DNA from: Deinococcus radiodurans R1 = ATCC 13939 = DSM 20539
GTDB lineage: Bacteria > Deinococcota > Deinococci > Deinococcales > Deinococcaceae
Direction of reading: 5' to 3'
DNA length: 32,000 nucleotides
Assembly (NCBI RefSeq): GCF_000008565.1
Contig: NC_001263.1
Coordinates: 705,776-737,775, forward strand
Shown here one piece after another: positions 28,576 through 32,000 of this stretch. Position 1 is the stretch's first letter, and the number at the start of each line of letters is the position of its first letter. The notes beneath the pieces were generated by a model that worked only from the letters and a program-made list of their open reading frames with translations, was not told where the DNA came from and did not search any database. The translations under genes and the position numbers were made by a program.

Positions 28576-29930
28576 TCAGCCCTGCGCCAGCACGTACTCC
28601 ACCAGCGTGCCCACGCCCCAGCCGGTCGCCACGCTGTCTTTTTCGGCGTTGCCGGCGATGTCGAGGTGTGCCCAGGGCCGGGTGACGAACTCCTGCAAAA
28701 AGAGCGCGGCCTTGATGCTCGCTCCGGCGGGCTGCATGTCGCTGTTTTTCAGGTCGGCCAGGGTGTTTTTCTGGTAGCCGCGCAGGTAAGGGCGGTGCAG
28801 CGGCAGCTCCCAGACCATTTCCCCGGCGCTTTCGGCGGCCTGCTCCAGCCCGGCGGCGAGGGCGCGGTCATTGCAAAACAGCGCGGCCATGTCGTTGCCG
28901 AGCGCCGAGACCTTCACGCCGGTCAGCGTGGCGAGGTCGATCACCTCGGTCGCGCCCTCGTCGCAGGCCACCGTCAGCGCGTCGCCCAGCACGAGGCGGC
29001 CCTCGGCGTCGGTGTTGGTGACTTCCACCGTCTTGCCGTTGGCGGCGCGGTAGATGTCGCCGGGGCGCATGGCGCGGGGGCCGACCATGTTCTCGGCGGC
29101 GGCGACGTAGGCGCGGACCTCCACGCCCTCCGGCACCTGCTCCCGCAGCTCGGCGAGGGCCGCCATTGCCCCCAGCACCGCCGCCGCGCCGCCCATGTCG
29201 TTTTTCATGCCGTACATGCCCGCCGAGGTCTTGAGCGAGTAGCCGCCGGTGTCGAAAGTGATGCCCTTGCCGACGAGCGCGATGACCCGGCGTTTTTCGC
29301 CCCGCGCCGGGAGGGTGAGCCGAATCAGGCGCGGCCCCAGGTCGCTGCCCGCCGCCACCGCCAGCAACAGGCCCATGCCGCGCGCCTGGATGTCCGACTC
29401 GTCCCAGATTTCGACTTGCAGGTGCTCGCTCGCCAGCCCCCGCGCCTCGCGTGCCAGGGTGGCGGGGTTGAGCACGTTGGCAGGCGCACTCGTCAGCTCG
29501 CGGGCGAAGGTCACGCCGCGCAACAGGCCCTCGGTGCGCTGCTGCTCCTCGGCGCTCAGGCCGCTGACGTGCAGTTGCATCTCTCCGGTTGACTCGGTCT
29601 CCTCGTCCTGCGCCGCCTGCCCCTTGTAACGGCGGTCCTGCCAGCCAGCCACGGCGGCGGCGCTCGCCAGCGCGGCGGGAAACTCGCAGGCCTCCACGCG
29701 CAGCACTTCGCGCTCAGTTTGCGGGCCAGCTCTGCCAGCGCCCGGCCTACTTCGCGGGCGTCGGCGGCATTGGTGGGGGCAAGGGCCAGCGCTTCGTCGC
29801 TTTCCTCGCCGCGCGTGCTCAGGCGAACTTCGCCGGGCTTGAGGCCACGTCCCAGACGGCCCGCCGCGTCCGTGCTGGCGGCGAAATGCAGGGTGAGGTC
29901 GGGCGACTGCGGCTGGGTTGTGAGTTGCAT
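28576..29930 (-). pseudogene. pepA: M17 leucyl aminopeptidase with an apparent single-base frameshift (or sequencing error) between the N-terminal and catalytic domains
   Basis: The catalytic half has VGKGITFDTGGYSLK, MKNDMGGAA and NTDAEGRLVLGD. A plausible N-terminal domain ([19 protein letters not shown]...[13 protein letters not shown]) is read from the ATG at 29930 in a different frame. The frames meet at ctcagttt (29713-29720). Confidence 0.7.
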
Positions 29931-30050
29931 GGGCCGAGTAAAGCACGGAGACCGCAGGCTGAGAACGGGGAACATAATGAAACGAGCCGGAACCGGGACA
30001 CACTGCGGCCCCCATCTCAGGCACTACAATCCGCCCCCGTGGAACGCATC

Positions 30051-30401
30051 ATGTTCAGGGCCAAGATTCACCGCGCGACCGTAACCCAGGCAGATCTGGA
30101 TTACGTGGGCAGCGTGACCATCGATCAGGATTTGCTCGACGCTGCCGATATCCTGGTCAACGAAAAGGTGGACATCTGGAACATCACCAACGGCAACCGC
30201 CTGCACACTTATGCCCTGAGCGGCCCGCGCGGCAGCGGCGTGATCGGCATCAACGGCGCGGCGGCCCACCTGATGCGCCCCGGCGACATGGTGATCATCG
30301 CGGCGTTCGGCAACTTCTCCGAGGAAGAGGCACGGACGCTGGAACCGAAGGTGGTTTTGGTGGACGCTAAGAACCGTCTGCTGGAGCTGCAACCCGTCTA
30401 A
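30051..30401 (+). CDS. panD: Aspartate 1-decarboxylase
   Basis: 116 aa. [34 protein letters not shown], with the Gly24-Ser25 self-processing site, is near-collinear with E. coli PanD. The upstream part of the 270-aa track ORF is antisense to pepA. Confidence 0.95.
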   Translation: MFRAKIHRATVTQADLDYVGSVTIDQDLLDAADILVNEKVDIWNITNGNRLHTYALSGPRGSGVIGINGAAAHLMRPGDMVIIAAFGNFSEEEARTLEPKVVLVDAKNRLLELQPV

Positions 30402-30542
30402 GCGTTCGGAATCGCTCTGGCGGCCTGCCTCAGTTTTGCTGCCGATACTGACAAATCATCGGTAAAAATGCCGCCGCAGTGGGGGCGTCAAGCGTAGTCA
30501 CCGCTGCTTAGGTCTCCGCCTTCGGATGCTAGACTCTCAGTC

Positions 30543-31901
30543 GTGTTTTCGCCTCGCCCCTTGCTGTTTTTACTGCTGCTGTTGGCCCTCGTGGCTGTCG
30601 GATACGCGGTAGCGCACGACCAGCAGGGGCTGATGAGCGGGGCGGCGCTGCTGATTGCCGTGGTGTCGCTCAGTTTCCGGGGAATCTGGCGCTGGGCGGC
30701 GCTTCTGGTGTATCCGCTGGCGTTCCTGGCGTCGCTGGCGCTTCCCGGCAAAGAGCCCCCCACCGTCGAGATGCTGGTGGGGGGGCTGCTCACTATCGTG
30801 GCGCTGGCGTGGCTGCTGCTGCGTGACCAGAGTCAGCAGCAGGAGCTGGAATGGCGGCGCAAGGTCGTGGACGCCCTGCGCACCGGCTCCGAGCGCCTCA
30901 ACGAGGCCCGCAACGACGAGGCCATCATTCGCGCCGGGCTGAATATTCTGGTGAAGTTGCAGGTGGCGCCCAACCTCGCGTTCGTGGCCTACCGTCAGGG
31001 CACGCCGTATGTGATGGCCGCGCAGGGAGCGTTCAACACGTTCCTGAACAAGCCGGTCTACCCCAGCGACAATGACAGCCGCTCGGTGCAGGCCGATCAC
31101 TGGGTCGCCGAGGAAGTGCTCGCCCTGCTCAGCCGCGCCGAGCGCCAGAGTTACCTCGTGGCCGAGGTGTATGGCCGTGATTCTACTCATCTGGGCCTGC
31201 TAATCCTGGCCCGGCCCACGCCGCAGCCTTTTTCCGCCGAGGAGCGCGGTGTGGTGCAGTCGTTTGCCCGGCTGCTCGGCGCGCAGCTTGGCCAGGAGCG
31301 CGCCAACCGCAACCTGCGCGAAGCCAACGACCTCACCCTGCGTTCGCTGGGCGCGGCCCTGGAACGCCGCGACGACGAAACCGGCGGGCACACCGCACGG
31401 GTGGTCGGCCTCGCCACCCGGCTGGCCCAGCGCCTCGGCTGGGACGAGGAGCAGGTGCGGGCACTGCGCTGGGGCGCTTACCTCCACGACCTCGGCAAAA
31501 TCGCTATTCCCGACCGGATTCTGCACAAGAATGGGGCGCTCGACGACCAGGAAAAACAGGTCATCCGTTCGCACACCACGGTCGGCTACGAGATGCTGCA
31601 AGACCTCCACTTTCTGCCCGCCGAGACGCTCGACCTGGTGCGTTACCACCACGAGCGCTGGGACGGCACCGGCTACCCTTCGGGCCTGCGCGGCGACAAT
31701 ATTCCCGACGCGGCGCGCATTTTCAGCATCGTGGACGTGTACGACGCCCTAACCAGCGAGCGGCCCTACAAGTCCGCCTGGAGCCCCGAGCGCGCCTTGC
31801 AGGAGATTCGCGCCGGGGCCGGAGCCCATTTCGACCCGCAGTATGTGGAGGCGTTCCTCTACCTGATGGCCGAGCAGGACGACGCCCGGCTGGTGCACTG
31901 A
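30543..31901 (+). CDS. Membrane-anchored GAF / HD-GYP domain protein (c-di-GMP phosphodiesterase family)
   Basis: 452 aa. Three or four N-terminal hydrophobic segments and a central GAF-like region. The HD-GYP domain has GGHTARV, YLHDLGKIAIPD and HHERWDGTGYPSGL. GTG start. Confidence 0.85.
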   Translation: MFSPRPLLFLLLLLALVAVGYAVAHDQQGLMSGAALLIAVVSLSFRGIWRWAALLVYPLAFLASLALPGKEPPTVEMLVGGLLTIVALAWLLLRDQSQQQELEWRRKVVDALRTGSERLNEARNDEAIIRAGLNILVKLQVAPNLAFVAYRQGTPYVMAAQGAFNTFLNKPVYPSDNDSRSVQADHWVAEEVLALLSRAERQSYLVAEVYGRDSTHLGLLILARPTPQPFSAEERGVVQSFARLLGAQLGQERANRNLREANDLTLRSLGAALERRDDETGGHTARVVGLATRLAQRLGWDEEQVRALRWGAYLHDLGKIAIPDRILHKNGALDDQEKQVIRSHTTVGYEMLQDLHFLPAETLDLVRYHHERWDGTGYPSGLRGDNIPDAARIFSIVDVYDALTSERPYKSAWSPERALQEIRAGAGAHFDPQYVEAFLYLMAEQDDARLVH

Positions 31902-32000
31902 GGCGTCAGGTTTTGGCCGGCGCTTCGCCCTCCATCTGCCCCAACAGCGCGTTCAGGCCGATGTCCAGCCCACCCTGCGGTCCGCTCGCGCCGAACATCC

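Noticed and set aside
29589-30050. The 270-aa plus-strand ORF containing panD, and the Arg-rich 5' part of the 482-aa minus ORF (29720-30024).
   Set aside because: Only the last 116 codons of the plus ORF are PanD; the rest is antisense to the pepA N-domain. The 5' part of the 482-aa ORF (..[23 protein letters not shown]..) is out-of-frame read-through of the real pepA N-terminal domain.
31906-32000. Possible 3' end of a convergent minus-strand gene (..MFGASGPQGGLDIGLNALLGQMEGEAPAKT*).
   Set aside because: Only 30 open codons are visible before the window edge, with no recognisable motif. That is not enough in high-GC DNA to call a CDS.

Overview
High-GC bacterial chromosome. It is almost certainly Deinococcus radiodurans or a very close relative: the 346-aa ORF at 140-1180 places catalytic residues exactly where I recall them for the characterised D. 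radiodurans poxvirus-type topoisomerase IB. Coding density is high, and I recognised no rRNA, tRNA, CRISPR array or IS element.

Plus strand, left to right:
- 3' end of ung and topoisomerase IB
- a lipoprotein
- glnK-amtB
- a complete nine-gene A/V-type ATPase operon in Thermus-like order (G-I-K-E-C-F-A-B-D)
- a cupin and an HD hydrolase

A long minus-strand block follows (about 14.0-26.1 kb) and is the most interesting part of the window. It looks like an exopolysaccharide locus containing:
- a PelF-like (DUF3492 + GT4) glycosyltransferase
- an adjacent polytopic membrane protein
- a sugar-nucleotide module (two extended SDRs and a nucleotidyltransferase)
- two tandem paralogous ~720-aa lipoproteins with CE4-type deacetylase motifs, which I interpret as Agd3/CE18-like
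- two GH114/TM1410-superfamily TIM-barrel hydrolases

This pairs a bacterial Pel-type synthase with processing enzymes typical of the fungal galactosaminogalactan pathway. PelA/B/C/D/E are not recognisable. I propose a partially deacetylated GalNAc-rich exopolysaccharide system.

The rest of the window holds a minus-strand Mo-oxidoreductase / mug / membrane-protein trio, an apparently frameshifted M17 leucyl aminopeptidase, panD, and a membrane GAF/HD-GYP c-di-GMP phosphodiesterase.

All homology calls come from motif recognition by eye and memory. No searches were run.
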